Positions 30,023-48,720 of a stretch of DNA of 64,000 nucleotides are shown one piece after another (position 1 is the stretch's first letter; each line of letters begins with the position of its first letter). The DNA comes from the human T2T-CHM13v2.0 reference genome, Homo sapiens: the NCBI RefSeq assembly GCF_009914755.1, contig NC_060936.1; one strand, given 5' to 3'. The notes under the pieces were generated by a model, which worked only from the letters and a program-made list of their open reading frames with translations, had not been told where the DNA came from and ran no database searches. Both the position numbers and the translations under genes were made by a program.

Positions 30023-31044
30023 TGAGCCCGCCTTTGCAAAAATTATAACAGAAAGTTATGACACCGAGAGTGATCTGATCTCACCAACCCTCATCTTGCC
30101 TCTAACTTTCAAAATGCCCTTGGTCATTCCTGGACTTGAGCCGAGCTAACTTTGGGAGAAATTTAATTTATAGTTTAAATGAGAATAGCCCTTCCCCAAA
30201 ACTAAGCCGCCTTCATAAAACTAATGAAAGGCTACCAGGTGGCCGGCCACAGTGGCTTAAGCTTGTAATCCCAGCACTTTGAGAGGCTGGGGTGGGAGGA
30301 TCGTTTGAGCCAGGAGTTCAAGACTAGCCTGGGCAACTTAGTGAGACCCTGCCTCTACAAAAAAAAAAAAAAAAAAAAATTAGCAGGCATGATGTCATTT
30401 GCCTTTGGTCCCAGCTACTCAGGAGGCTGAAGTGGGAGGATCACTTGAGCCCAGGAGTTTTAAGCTGCAGTGAGCCACGATCACACCACTGCATTCCTGC
30501 CTGGGGGACAGAGTAAGAACCTGTTTCTTAAAAAAAAATGAAAAGAAAAGAAAGGCCACCAGGTTAGGAGGATGAGAGGGGCCTAAATTTCGCTAAGACG
30601 CAGGCATAGTTAAATGACAACCAGCCATTATTCCAGAGGATACAAGATTTGCAACTGTCCCAATTCACTATTGTGGAACCTAAGATTGGCCTTTTGAGAT
30701 GTCTTTACCTGCATTTCTGATGACCGGATGGCCCCACCCAGACCTTCAACTCTTGGCTCAGCCGGTCCTGGGGAGCCCGCCCAGAAGTGGACTTGGTGCA
30801 CAAGGACCAATTTCCACAACCCTGTGATTGCATCCCCAACCAATCAGCAGCCCCCATTCCCCAGCCCCCTGCCCACCAAAGTATCCTTTAAAAACCCTAG
30901 CCTCCAAATTTTCAGATTGATTTGATTTGAGACAGGAGTGGCCAACCTTGTGTCAATTAAGCTCTTTCTTTATTGCAATGCCGTCGTCTCAGTGAATTGG
31001 TTTTGTCTGTGCAGTGGGCAGGAGGAACTCATCAGGTGATTACA
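30023..31044 (+). mobile_element. Solo ERV1 LTR, LTR8 family (LTR8A-like), interrupted by an Alu at ~30241-30550
   Basis: TG...CA termini. The start TGAGCCCGCCTTTGCAAAAATTATAACAG and end ...GGTGATTACA resemble LTR8 consensus ends. Near-perfect 4-bp TSD (ccat/tcat). The internal Alu has TSD gaaaggc(t/c)accaggt. Confidence 0.8.
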
Positions 31045-32387
31045 TCATCTTGCTTGGCCTCTTAGCGAAGACCGCACCTAAACCACATCAAACAAGCAAT
31101 GTGTGGTGAAGCTCTCATAAAGTAGGTCCAGGGAGAGGGAGACCGCACAGGTGGCCTGCGTCAGTGATTTGGCTCTGACACAGACGCTTTTTCTCATAAG
31201 ATCATTCAGGCTCCTTAGGCTGGTTTCATATGTCGTGGTCTCTTGGTTTTCGTGTCAATGGGATCAGAGATTCACCCGCAATTTGCATTTTGAAATTAAA
31301 GTTATCGTTTTGATTTTCTTTTGAACAATCTTTTTTCCCGAGGCACCCTGATCTTCCCCCATAGCCGTGGGCATGCTATAGGAGATCGATTCAGATCTGA
31401 GTTGAATCCTGGCTCTGCCCACTCCCTGGCTGTGTACCATTGGGTTGGTTATATTGCAACTCCAAACCTCAATGTCTTCATCGGTATAATAGGCCCCACA
31501 ATCCCATCTTTGAAGAGTCGGAACAAGGGTGAAATGGCTGGCATAGAGCACACCCTTCCCAACTGTCTGTTCCTTTTTTTTTGGCAGGGGGGTGGTAGTT
31601 GGACATCAAGGACTTTATAGCCAGCCTGACTCTCCTGTCTCTTCTAGCCTCTCGTCTCTCCCGGTCCCGTGACTCCCAGTGAGACACATCAATGAAATTC
31701 AGACTCGAATCTCTGTCCAGCTCCCAGTTCTTACAGAATCAGATTTGGTCTTGGGAGAATGATCGCAGCAAGGGGGCTTTAGAATAGTTCCTTCTCTTCA
31801 TTCTCTGAGAGCTTTAAACTCAACCTTGAGTTAGAAAATCACCCCTGGCCCCTTCCTGGGTGGCAGAATCACTGCTGTCACCAGCATCATTGCTTCAGCC
31901 CATGGCTGGAGCTGAGTGGCCCAGACCTCAGAGGGACGCTGCCCTACAGGAGGGCAGGCTGGCTGCCTAAAAATAGGAGGAGACTGGGTTTTTGGGGAGG
32001 GCAGCTTAAGCTTGTTTTTCTATTATTTATATAATTATAAATAGTGACCAATTACCGGAACTTGCAGGGGGCAGATGGAATGTTGTCCCTGGATGGGCTT
32101 CAAACTCTGCATTGTTGTCCAAGAAACAAAGTTACCAACCAGAAAGAGGTGGCAAGGGCCCCAAATCTGTTTTCACTTCACCATCACTTTACATCGAGCC
32201 TGGTAGGGGAGGCTGGGCAGGGGCCGGGGGGTGGGAGCTGTTGAAGAAGTCAGGAATAATCAGCATTTGGAAGACTCTGCTAGGACCTCTTCTCAGGTAG
32301 AAATGCAACAGCCCTGGGTAGAGATGCTTTTATTTATTCATCATTTGTGATTTGGAGAGAGGCATCCTACACCATTAGAGAGGACTG

Positions 32388-33565
<1,178 letters not shown>

Positions 33566-33568
33566 TGA

Positions 33569-33736
<168 letters not shown>

Positions 33737-34829
33737 TAAATATTTTGTAGAGACAGGGCCTCGCTATGTTACCCAGGCTGGTTTTGAACTCCTGGTCTCA
33801 AGCAGTCTGCCTCAGCCTCCCAAAGTACTGGGATTACAGGCATGAGCCATTGGCCCAACCCTAAAAGGATGATTTAAGTTCTGTGTGCATACAATCACCT
33901 TGGTTCTTATTTAAATTCAGATTCTCAGGTCCAGGTGTTCTATCTCAGGAGGCCCAGGAATGCATTTTTTACTTCTTGTATTTTTATTGATATATCATAG
34001 TAGCAAATATTTTGGGGGCTTGTGATATTTTGATATATGTATACAATGTGTCATGATCAATCAAGTTAATTGGGATGTGCGTCACCTCATTTTTTCTTTG
34101 TACTGGGAACAATTTTTCTCTTCTAGCTATTTTGAAATATAAATTACTGTTAACTATAATTCCCTACTTACTATCAGATTCCCTACTATCAAATACTAGA
34201 ACTTATTGCTTCTATCAAACTGTAATTCTGGACCCATTACAGGAATGCTTTTATTTTTTTTGAGACGGAGTCTCACTCTGTTGCCCAGGATGGTGTGATC
34301 TCAGCTCACTGCAACCTCCACCTCCCAGGTTCAAACGATTCTCCTGCCTCAGCCTCCTGAGTAGCTGAGATTACAGGCGCGCGCCACCATGTGCCTGTAT
34401 TTTTAGTAGAGACAGGGTTTCTCCATGTTTTCCAGGCTGGATTCAAACCCCTGACCTCAGGTGATCCGCCTGCCGCGGCCTCTCATCTCAAAGTGCTAGT
34501 ATTACAGGTGTGAGCCACCGAGCCCGGCTTTTTTAAGATGAGATCTCACTCTGTTGCCCAGGCTGGAGTGCGGTGGTACAAACATGGCTCACTGCATCCC
34601 CAACCTCCTGAACAACTAGGACTAGAAGCGCACCACCACGTCTGGCTAGTTTTTTAATTATGTGTAGAGACGAAAGCTCACTATGCTGCCCAGGCTGCTT
34701 AAACTCCTGGGCTCAAGCAATCCTCCTGCTTTGGCCTCCCAAAATGTTAGGATTACAGGCGTGAGTCACTGTGCCCAGCCAGGAGTGCATTTTAAATGAG
34801 AACTCCAGGTGATTTTGATGGAGATGGTC

Positions 34830-35330
34830 TTGTGTGTTTTGTAATGGCTTTGAGATATCATCCACATACGACGCCTCCATTTAAAGTGCACAATTCAATG
34901 ATTTTTCATATCTTCAGAGTTGTGCAGCCATCACTACAATCAATTTTAGAACATTTTTGTCAGCCCCAAAAGAAACCCCATACTCCCTGTCACCCCTCAA
35001 TTCCCCCATCCTCTCCGGGTTCTGGCAACCACTAATCTCTTCTGTCTCTGTGGATTTGCCTATTCTGGACATCACATATAAACGGAATCATATGATATGT
35101 GGCCGTCTGTGTCTGGCTTCTTTCACTCAGCATAAGGTCTTCAAGGTTCATCCACGTTGTAGCACCTGTCAATGCTTCATTCCTTTTCATGACTAAGTAA
35201 TATTCCACAGATAAGCCACATTTTGTTTATCCATTTCGGGTTGATGAACACTTGGGTTGATTTCACCTTTTGGCTCTTATGAATAGTGCTGCTGTGAACA
35301 CTAGAGTACAAGGGTCTGTTTGAATCCCTG
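34830..35330 (-). mobile_element. L1MB-type 3' fragment
   Basis: Antisense L1 3' motifs (ggcaaccactaatct, tggatttgcctattctggaca, tggcttctttcactcagcat). Confidence 0.75.
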
Positions 35331-36089
35331 TGACAACCTCATTTTGACACCCATGGACACAGTGGCTGGGGAGTCATTCTCCTTTCTGTATGCATCACTT
35401 TCAGAGCAGGGACAAGGGGAGTGAGTACAGGGAATCACTGGATGAGGAAGTTCTATACGTGCCAGTAACTGTACAGCTTCCCTCAAAGTATCTCATGTAA
35501 CTGTCATGGCCAAAGACAGAGGCTTGGGCAATTAATCACACTGTGTTGCCAATGTAGAAACAGAGACTCACAGAAGCTCAAATCACTTACTTGAGTTCAC
35601 ATGGTCCGCAGGTGACACAGCCCTGGTGGGTCCAAGCCCCTGACCCACGAAGCAGTGATACTTCTCACAGGTGCCTATCTCCACCGGGGGTTACCTGGCT
35701 GGCAAAACAGGAAGAAAATGCAAAATCCATTTCTTCCATCTGCTGAATCAGATGGCCACAATTTAGCTTCCAGTAATGACCAAGGAATTCCCCTTTGCAG
35801 AGTACTAAGCACTTTCTAGATTCTATAAACCTTGCTGCCTCCTAAGACAACACTACAGAATGTGCATTCTTCACATCTCTGTTATGAGCACAAGGAACTG
35901 AGGCTTGGCAAAGCGACCCCAGGCTGCCACACTGGTTCTCAAATGGTTTTGTGCCATAGGATTCCTTGTGTAAAAGGGGGCCCAGGAACCTGCATTTTAA
36001 CAAGGATTGGCCGGGTGCGGTGGCTCACGCCTGTAATCCCAGCACTGTGGGAGGTTGAGGTGGGTGGATCACTTGAGGTCAGGAGTTCA

Positions 36090-36326
<237 letters not shown>

Positions 36327-37426
36327 TTAAGAGCCCCCTTGGACTAAGGTGCTAGCTTCTCATGGCCTCACTGTCCCTGGATACCTGCAGGAACAGACTC
36401 CACACTCAGGTGGAAGGAGGGGGATCCTTCCCAAAGGGCCACCTCTGTGACCACAAAAGGGCACAGACCGGGAGGAAAAGCTATGACTTAGCTGTCCCCT
36501 CGGCTGTCTGGCCTCCAGGCAGGCCCACACCTCCAGTGTGCTAGTAAGTGACAGAGCTGGAACTGAATGCTGAGTTGGCCACCTTTGGGGGACCATGAGC
36601 TGCCCCACGGGGCGATGCAGCTGGCTGTGGAGCTGTGAGCCAATCTCAGCACCTCATTCACCCTGGCACCTCCCCATCCAGGGAGGCCCAGCCCCAGCCA
36701 TCTCCTCCCTCCCCCACTTCCCTCCTGGGATGACTGCAATAACCAATGAGACCCGGCTGAGTGCCTGGGAGGCAGGGATGATAAATATATGTTGGGGTTC
36801 ACAGTTGGTGCAGTTGATAATTTGGGGCTTACTTGGGAAAGCAGGCAGCAGGCACCTACCATTTTGACCGGCTGGGGCAGGCAGCCGGGGTGGGAGACTG
36901 TAGAGGTAAGAGGTGGGGCCTGGAGCCCTGAGGCCCCCCAGCCCTGCCTGGCCACGCTGACTCAGCAGAGCTCAGAACCTACTCTCCGCTGACAAGGCAA
37001 GCGTGCTCTTCCCAGCTGGCCGCTCTCAGCTGTCTCTTCAAACCCTCCCAGGAGGGCTGCGGAGAGCAGACACGGGAACCACACCTGGCTTCTTACCTTC
37101 ATGCAGGAAAACAAGGAGTGGGATGTGAACAAAAGGCGGGAGGCTTCCCAGCTGCCCTTTAAGTAGAAGCTTCATCTGTGCCAAGGAGACCATGTGGTTA
37201 GTGGGTAGGGGAGAAAAATGCTTTGAGGGTTTCTGGGTCCCAGCTGCCTGCACAGGCGGGTGAAAGTCCTGCACCAGGTTTGTTGTTTTGACCTGATATA
37301 GGACCCTTCTAGGGGAGAAAATCTGGAGAGAAGTTCTCCCTCCCTCCCTCCTTTCCATAGGAGCTGAACAGCTGAACTTCTACTGAAGCCGGGGAACTCA
37401 AGGCAGGGCTGACAAGCCCCTTGTAA

Positions 37427-37808
<382 letters not shown>

Positions 37809-37962
37809 TAACTGGCTGGATCTAGATCAGGTCCTGAGACTCAGACAGGGGCACAGGGGGACTCTGCAAGGGTGGATTCGGTCAGGTTCTCCAGCATTCT
37901 GGTATGAAAAGGCAGGTTCCTGTCTGGGCGTGGTGGCTCAGGCCTTTAATCCCAGCAGTTTA

Positions 37963-38250
<288 letters not shown>

Positions 38251-40222
38251 CTACTGAGCTGGCTCCTCTGTACATTCAAATCTGAGAGCCCCTGCTCTAG
38301 AGACCTGGACAGCTCTGGGGTCAAGTCCTGTCTTTGGCCTTAGGCAAGTGACTTCACCCCTCCAATCCTTGGTTCCCGTCTGTGGCCCGTGAAATGGGCA
38401 CACAGATTTTACATGAAGTGCTGCCATATGGAAGGTGCGCAGTAACAGACGAGTGTGACTCTGGTCATTGGCCGGCTCGGGGCCTGCTGCTCCAGGTGCA
38501 GTTGCTGGGCCTGGCCGGGACTCAGTGGGGAATGATGGCCTCTCAGGAGGCTCCCTGCACAAGCTGACGTGCATGGGGCAGAAAGTCCGCAGAGATTAGT
38601 TGTTCTCAGGTTGTGTGCTGCAGGAGATGGGGAGGACAATTTGGTGCCTGTCTCCTGGGGGCAGGTCCCAGCCCCTCAGAAGGAAGAAGCATAGACAGGC
38701 CTGAATATTTATGAAGCCTGGGGCTCAACCCCAGCCACAGATATCACAGGGTGAAGAGTGGGCCTGTCCATTTCTAGGTGGAGGAAGGTGGGTGTGGATA
38801 CGCATGAACTCAGCACTTAGGCACCCCTGTGGGTAGGTCAGCAGGAGGTGGGGAGGGTCCCAGGAGCAGGGGCGCCTACAGGAGGCATCCTTCCCAGGAC
38901 CTCAGTCAGAGGTGCAGGGGCAGAACTGAGGACAGATGGGATTACTGCAAAGTTCCCTTTCCCTCTGTCTCTGTCCACAGAGCATGGTGGAACGGGGGAT
39001 ACCTTCACGCCACTCACACTGAGGCTTCATTTCCTATCCAGGAGGACGCAGACAGAAGGCCCATGGCTTTGGATCAGCCTTGACATTCAGAAGTCAAGGA
39101 CAATAGAGTTTTCTCGAGATGCATATATGTTTAGAAGCAGCAACATGAAGCTAAAGTCTCTTTCTGGAGGACTCAGGAGTGAGAGCCCTCTGTCTGCTGC
39201 GGTACGGAGAGAGCCCAGGTGCAGAATGAACCAGAGCGGCCGTTCTTGAACCTGGCCTCACATTAGAACCACCTGGGGAGTATGTAGAACGCCTGATGCT
39301 CAGGCCACACCCAGACCCCATGTGAATGAAGGCTGAGGGGTGGGAAGGGCAGCATCAGTACTGTTTTTATTTTTATTATTATTTTTTAATGTTTAAAAAT
39401 TTTTTTTTTTGAGATGGAGTTTTACTCTGTCGCCCAGGCTGGAGTGTAGTGGCATGATCTTGGCTTACTGCAACCTCTGTCTCCTGGGCTCAAGTGATTC
39501 TCCTGCCTCAGCCTCCTAAGTAGCTGGGATTACAGGTGTGCGCCACCATGCCCAGCTAATTTTTTTTTTTTTTTTTTGTATTTTTAATAGAGGCAGGGTT
39601 TCACCATGTTGGCCAGGCTGGTCTCGAACTCCTGACCTCAAGTGATCCACCTGCCTCGGCCTCCCAAAGTGCTGGGATTACAGGAGGGAGCCACCACACC
39701 TAGCCAGTGCTGTTTTTAAATCCCCCAGGTGATTCCAAAATGCTGTCAAGTTTGACAACAGACCATTGTCTCTACCCCAGCTGCAAAAGAGACCAACCTG
39801 GAGAGCTCTAATCCCAGGCAGATGAAATTAGAATCTTTGGGGGGGTAGTAGGGGCCCAGGTGGTGGTGTCTGTAAAGGGTATATACAGGGTAGAGAATCA
39901 CAAATCGAATCAACCCAGTGGTGTGATTCTGCACCACCTGGCATGGTGTGTGTCTGAGTGTGTATGTGCGATAGTGTGTTCTCGGAGAGTCCTGGTGTGT
40001 GACCTTGGGCTGAGATTAGGCACTTGGCAGCTGCGCTGAAGCCGTAGCTCATTAACCCCCATAACCCAGGGACGAGAGTGGTGCATTAGCCAGGAGCAGC
40101 TCACAGGTGGCACCTGCACAACGGCTCCTCCGAGGCTGCCTGTCGCTTGCCCATCTCTGCCTCTTTCAACTCAGGTTGCATTTAGGGCCTCACAGGGAAG
40201 AAACGTTTCCTTTCCTCAGTAA

Positions 40223-40535
<313 letters not shown>

Positions 40536-41673
40536 TAGTAGAGACAGGGTTTCACCACATTGGCCAGGCTGGTCTCCAACTCCTGACTTCAGGTGATCCA
40601 CCTGCCTTGGCCTCCCGAACTGCTGGGATTACAGGTGTGAGCCACCGTGCCCAGCCCTTTATTTTTATTTTATTTCATTATTATTTTTTGAGATGGAGTC
40701 TCACTCTGTCACCCAGGCAGGAGTGCAATGGTGTAATCTCAGCTCACTGCGCCCTCCACCTCCCCGAGCTCAAGTGATCCTCCTGCCTCAGCCTCCCAAG
40801 TAGCTGGGACTACAGGCGTGTGCCACCACATCCAGCTAATTTTTTGTATTTTTAGTAGAGACGGGGTTTCACCATGTTTGCCAGGCTGGTCTCGAACTCC
40901 TGACCTCAAGTGATCTGCCCGCCTCAGCCTCCCAAAGTGCTGGGATTACAGATGTGAACCACCACACCTGGCCTGTGCTTCCTTTCTTTAAAGAAGAAAA
41001 AAGACGAATCTCCTCTTGTCCTCTTGTCACAATGCATGTGAGTAAGCGTACTGGGCTCTCTGAAAGTCAGCTGTGATGAATTTTTAAAAGATGACCTATC
41101 CACAGATGCGGTGCTCACACCTGGAATCCCAGCACTTTGGGAGGACTGCTTGAGACCAGGAGTTCGAGACCAGCCTGGGTAACATAGCAAGACCTCCATG
41201 TCTACAAAAAAAAAAAAAAATAGCTGGGCAAGGTGATGTGGGCCTGTAGTCCCAGCTATTCAAGAGGCTGAGGTGGGAGGATCGCTTAACCTGGGAGGTC
41301 AAGGCTGCAGTGAGCCGTGATGGTCCCACTGCACTCCAGCCTGGGCAACAGAGCAAGACCGTGTCTAAAGAAAAAAAAATGACTTATCAAGCTTCTATGT
41401 GGTGTAAGAAGGTAAAACCCCACTGCAGAAAGAGGGAAACTGAGGCTCATGGAGCAAAGTTTAGTGGAGCCAGGGTGCAATGTCAAAATCATGGGCAGCC
41501 ATGACACCTCTTGAAAATCTCCTATGGTGACCACAGAGTATGGCACTCAGAGCTTTATGTGCCTAACCAGGTACAGGAAATTATGTGTACTATGGATGGT
41601 CAAATGCCCAGGAATGTACTGTGCATAAGAGCCTGCCTATGGCAAGTAATAATCTGAAACAGTATTTTTGTAG

Positions 41674-41787
<114 letters not shown>

Positions 41788-41994
41788 TGAATAGCTGGGA
41801 CAACAGGCCCGCACCACATTGCCCAGTTGTTTTTTTTTCATGTTTTATAGAGATGGGGTCTAGCCTTATTGCCCAGGCTGGTCTCGAACTCCAGGCCTCA
41901 AGCAATCCTCCTGCCTTGGCCTCCCAAAACATTGGGATTACAGGCATGAGCAACCGGGCCTGGCCTAAACGCGTATTTTTTATTGACTTTATAT

Positions 41995-43150
<1,156 letters not shown>

Positions 43151-43581
43151 GAAACAGCGTTTTAAGTTACCCATTTAAACTGTTACCCTTTCCTTCTTCC
43201 CTCACCCCCCACCCCACATCTCTCTAATATCTCCACTAAAAGCTCACAGCTCCTGGTAGGGACCACGATTTAACCTTGGCTTGACTTAATCTTTGCCCTC
43301 TATCCCCATAATTTATTTCCAGTCCAGAAAAAAGCCAGTGGTCACCTGTTGGGATTTTGGGCAAGTTCTGGGTTGAAATTCTCCTTCTTGTAGATTACAA
43401 GAGTTCTAGGCCAGGCGCGGTGGCTCACGCCTGTAATTCCAGCACTTTGGGAGGCCGAGGCACATGGATCACCTGAGGTCAGGAGTTTGAGACTAGCCTG
43501 GCCAACATGGTGAAACCCAGTCTCTGCTAAAAATACAATTAGCTGGATGTGGTGGCACATGCCTGTAATCCCAGCTACTCA

Positions 43582-43716
<135 letters not shown>

Positions 43717-46063
43717 CTAAAACTGTGATGTGCATAACATTCCCCTGGAGCCTCTGGTGTCGCAGGAAGGGTTGGGGACTCTGGGGTCAGTACCTGTTAG
43801 AAACCCCCAGGTGATGGTGAGGTTGGGGTGAGCAGGATGGCAAAATACTCTGCCCCCCACTGCTGGGAAAGGGATCTAAATCCAAGGGCCGCTCAGGGAC
43901 TTCGCAGCCCCTCCCCTGTGGGCCTCTGCTCTTTGTCCCCATCCTATTGTTAAGGCCAGATGGCCACCCTTCAGCAAATAGTGGGAGGTGGAAGTGGCAG
44001 ATTAGAGACCTCTAGACTCCAGCTAAAGCCTGCTCGTTGGGGGTCACCCATCCCTGTCCCACGCCTGCCTCAGCGTCCAGGCTGAGTGCCGCCCTCTCTG
44101 GAGGAACCAGGGTGGGCCACCTCAGTGAACCGGGGTGAACCGGCAGCTGTGGCTGAGCCAGGAGAAAACTCACACTCCCTCCAAGCTGCTGCTGCTGCTG
44201 GCTGGAAGCAAGGCTGGGATGCTCTGATGTCACCAGAAAGCGCCTCCTGTCAGGCCTCAGCCACTATTCTTAGTCTCAAGAACACACCTCCGCCTGTTAG
44301 AAGTCTCTCGACTTCAACAAGCTCTTTATAAATAACTTAGAAACTGGTAGTGTGCAGGGCTGCTGGCTAAGAACTTCTTTCTTTTATGCAAGATGTTCCA
44401 AGGGCCTCAGTGGTAGGCACACCTCGCTCCCGGGGAGCCCTGTAAATGTTATGATCTCAGGAACGGACGCTTCCATCCATGGGTGCTGCTGGCCCAGCTG
44501 TGCGCTAAGTGCCAAGCAGTTTCACAGGCAGTTCCAGAGCAGCTGGACGACCTGGATTCAAATCCTGGCTCTGCCACTTCCTGTGTGAGCTTGGGAAAGT
44601 CGCTTTGCTTCTCCTTGCCTCTTTGACTGCATCTACAAAACCAGGGCAATGAGAGTTGCGACAGCCCTGGGCTGTAGCAAAGAAGAAAAGAACTGAAACA
44701 CACCAAGTGCTTAGAACAGCACAAGCCAGCAGCCGCCTGGGTGTCTGCCACTATCTTACTGTTGCTACTGATGTCCTTAGGAAGCACTTGTCCAGGAGAG
44801 ACCTTTATCTCCATTTTATCCACAGGAAACAGAGACTCCTGCCCTCAGGTTAAATGACTGGCCTCATTCACCCGCCCTGTTGGTAGCCAAAGCAGGACTT
44901 GAACCCTAGTCTATTCCACTGGGAATCTCACGGTAAATTATAAAACTCTGCTGCCCCCTAGAGCATGAGGAGGGATCAGGCACAATCAAGACTAGCGGGG
45001 CTTCTCACCTGTGGGAACCTGTGACCAGCAGGAAAATCACTACCTGGACACTGCTGGGGGAGCCACCCTCCTCCACCATCCTCCTCCAACATCTTGAGAC
45101 CTTGGGCAGCTCAGTGCCCCCTCACTGAGCCTCAGTTTCTTCATCAATAAAATGGGTTTATAGTAACAGCATCTACCCTGTAGAGTAGTATGACAATTAA
45201 AGGACATGAGCTTTTAGGCCAGCCGCAGTGGCTCACACCTGTAATCCCAGCACTTTGGGAGGCAGACACAAGTGGATCACTTGAGGCCAGGAGTTCGAGA
45301 CCAGCCTAGGCAACATAGAGACCCTGTCTCTACTAAAAATACAAAATGTAGCTGGGTGTGGTACCCTGTGCTTGTAATCCCAGCTATTCGGGAGGCTGGG
45401 GCATGAGAATAGCTGAACCCGAGAGGCAGGGGCTGCAGTGAGCTGAGATCGCACCACTGCACTCCAGCCTGGGTGACACAGCGAGACTCTGTCTCAAAAA
45501 AAAAAAAAAAAAAAAAGGACGTGAGCTTTTATAAAGGCACCCTCTCCCATTTTTTTCTCTGGCCACATTGGGGTGAGTCCCATCAGCTTCCTGGATAAGG
45601 CAGGCCCCCTCCAAGACCAGCTGACCTCTCCAAGATGTGCCAGGGCTGCGGTCGCTCACGTCTCCCTCCAGGTCACCTTGGGGACTTCTCAAAACTTCAT
45701 CTTTGGCACAGATTCCCTGGTGACTTGAGCTGGTTGTTTATGTGCATAAATGTCCCCTTACCCCACTGATGGACGTTGAGGTTCTTCTGATGTCCTCCCC
45801 GAGCAGGTGTTCCAGCAGGGTAACTGCTGAACCTGATGTTTCTTCTCCTCCCCCTCACCACCCACCCACCCCTAGTCATTGTGGAGCCACTCACTTGGCA
45901 TGGAGAAGCACCATCTGGTGGCTTTTTCCAGGCGTTTTCCATATTTGCTATGGGACACCACGCTTGGTTGAATTCACAGGAGGGCCAATGCCTCTGGGGG
46001 CCTGGAGTGACGTGCTGGTTCCAGGAGGGAGTCAGGAATAGGAGATCTCCATTTCTCGTGTTA

Positions 46064-46495
<432 letters not shown>

Positions 46496-47750
46496 TTATT
46501 CATCAGACTAGAATGAATTCCCTTCACCTCACTTTTCCCCCCTCTCCTGTTGGTGCATCCTACAAAGGCCAGTTTTTAAGTTCTCCTTTTTGGAAATCTC
46601 CCACTGTCCTCAACTCAGCAGCCTTTTCCTTCTCTGAAATGCTACAAGAGTAAGAGTAACAGGAAGCCGGGGGCTGCAGGATCTGCGGGTGCTATGGAAC
46701 AATGTATCTATGGGTCATGTCCTTTGCGGAGGAGGTGGGGGAAGAAGTCAGGAGAGAAGGAAGCAGTAAAGGCAGATGGCACATTCACTGGTAAGGCTAA
46801 GAGGAAAAGGGAGGCCTGAGATTCACAATAGGGAAGAATTAGGATTTCTGTCATCAGACCCAGGGAATCTGGACTTTGAGAGTACTGCCCCACATGGAGG
46901 GAGAAAGGGCCTTGATATCTGCCATCAGCACAGTGACTATAATTAGGGCTCAGCTGAGGTCCTTGAAAAAAATCCATTCTTCCTTCCTGGCCAAGTAGCA
47001 ATTTGCAGCGTTGTGTACTTGGTGGGCACCGCCAAGTTTCTCAGGATGGCACAGTGTATTCCTTAGTCAGAATCTTTAACCCCAGAAGGTTTAGCATTAA
47101 GTACAGAAAGGATGAAGTAATGCAAAGTCATAGCTTCCTTTTTTTTTTTTTTTTGGTCCTGTATTATATTGAAAAGTAATCTACGTATATTGGTATACTT
47201 TTCTATTTTAAGGGTTTGAAATGTTTAAGAGAATTTGGCATCGTCTAACAGAAAGGCCTTGTGATTCCAATTTCAAATGAATTGAGTAATCAGTTATGGC
47301 CAGATATTTTTGTAAATTGTGGTAAAATATACATAACATAAAACTGACCATCTTAACCATTTTCAAGTGTGCAGTTCGGTGGTAGTAAGTATATTCACAT
47401 TGTTGTGTCAGCCAGATTTTAAGCTGGAAGTTATATGAGAACTTAATATTAAGTTTGTAAACAGAACACTACTCTTTAAGAGAACTTAAAATTTGCATAT
47501 TTAAAGTTCAATTTATTAGATGTATAAAAATTCATAATGAAGTACTTAGGAAGGTTCTGAAAAGTGCTTAAGAAGAAATCAAATATATTAAATTCATTAG
47601 TATACTTAAAGTATTTAAGGGAATTTATTGAAGTGGCTTTAAAAAACCCTTTAAAAGGCTGGGCACGGTGGCTCATGCCTGGAATCCCAGCACTTTGGGA
47701 GGCCAAGGCGGGCGGATCATGAGGTCAGGAGATCGAGACCATCCTGGCTA

Positions 47751-48005
<255 letters not shown>

Positions 48006-48344
48006 TCACAAAAGGCTTTGAGAGCTGAATGTGGTGGTGCTCACCTGTAGTCCCGGCTACTCCTGAAACTGAGGCAGGAGGATCATCTGAGCCCAGGAGG
48101 CCACCCTGGGCAACATAGTGTCCCTGTCATCAGATCCAGGGAATCCGGGCTTTGAGAATACCACCCTACGTGGAGGGGAAAGGGGCCTTGAAATCTCACT
48201 ATAATTAGGGTTTACAATCTCACTATAATCTCATCAGCACTGTAGTTGGTTTTTTTAAATTTTTTTTTAAAAATGGAAAGCCGTTAAGGCCACCAGTACC
48301 CCATGCTGACAAATCAAACCATTTGTATATAAAATACCTCATGA

Positions 48345-48528
48345 CTGAGTGGTTCCCAGACTTGAGTGTGTCTCTCAGAAGCCCTTGGAGGACTTATTAA
48401 AATACATGTCACTGAGCTCCAGCACCGGAGCTTCTGATTCAGTGGGGCTGGGTTCAGAAATCTGCATTCCTGACGAGTTCTCAGGTGATTGCAGTTGGTC
48501 TAGGAAGAGACTTTGAGAAGCACTGTGC
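48345..48528. mobile_element. MER5A-like hAT element (other MER5 fragments near 25940-26380, 33880-33965, 39255-39760, 43720-43820)
   Basis: gtggttcccagact...ttctgattcagt..gg...aatctgcatt..ctcaggtgat...ctttgagaagcactg. Confidence 0.65.
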
Positions 48529-48720
48529 TAAACGCAGAGAGGTAGTGTGTTCCCACCATCATTCTCCGTTATCTGAGCTGCCTTTCTTTGGGCCTTGATT
48601 CCCCTATCTCTAACGTGAGAATAACATAGTAGCACTTACCCTGCGGGGCTGCTGGGAGGATGAGAGATATATATGTGAAGTGCCTGGCACGTGCTGGGCT
48701 CACTGTGTGTGGTAAATATG

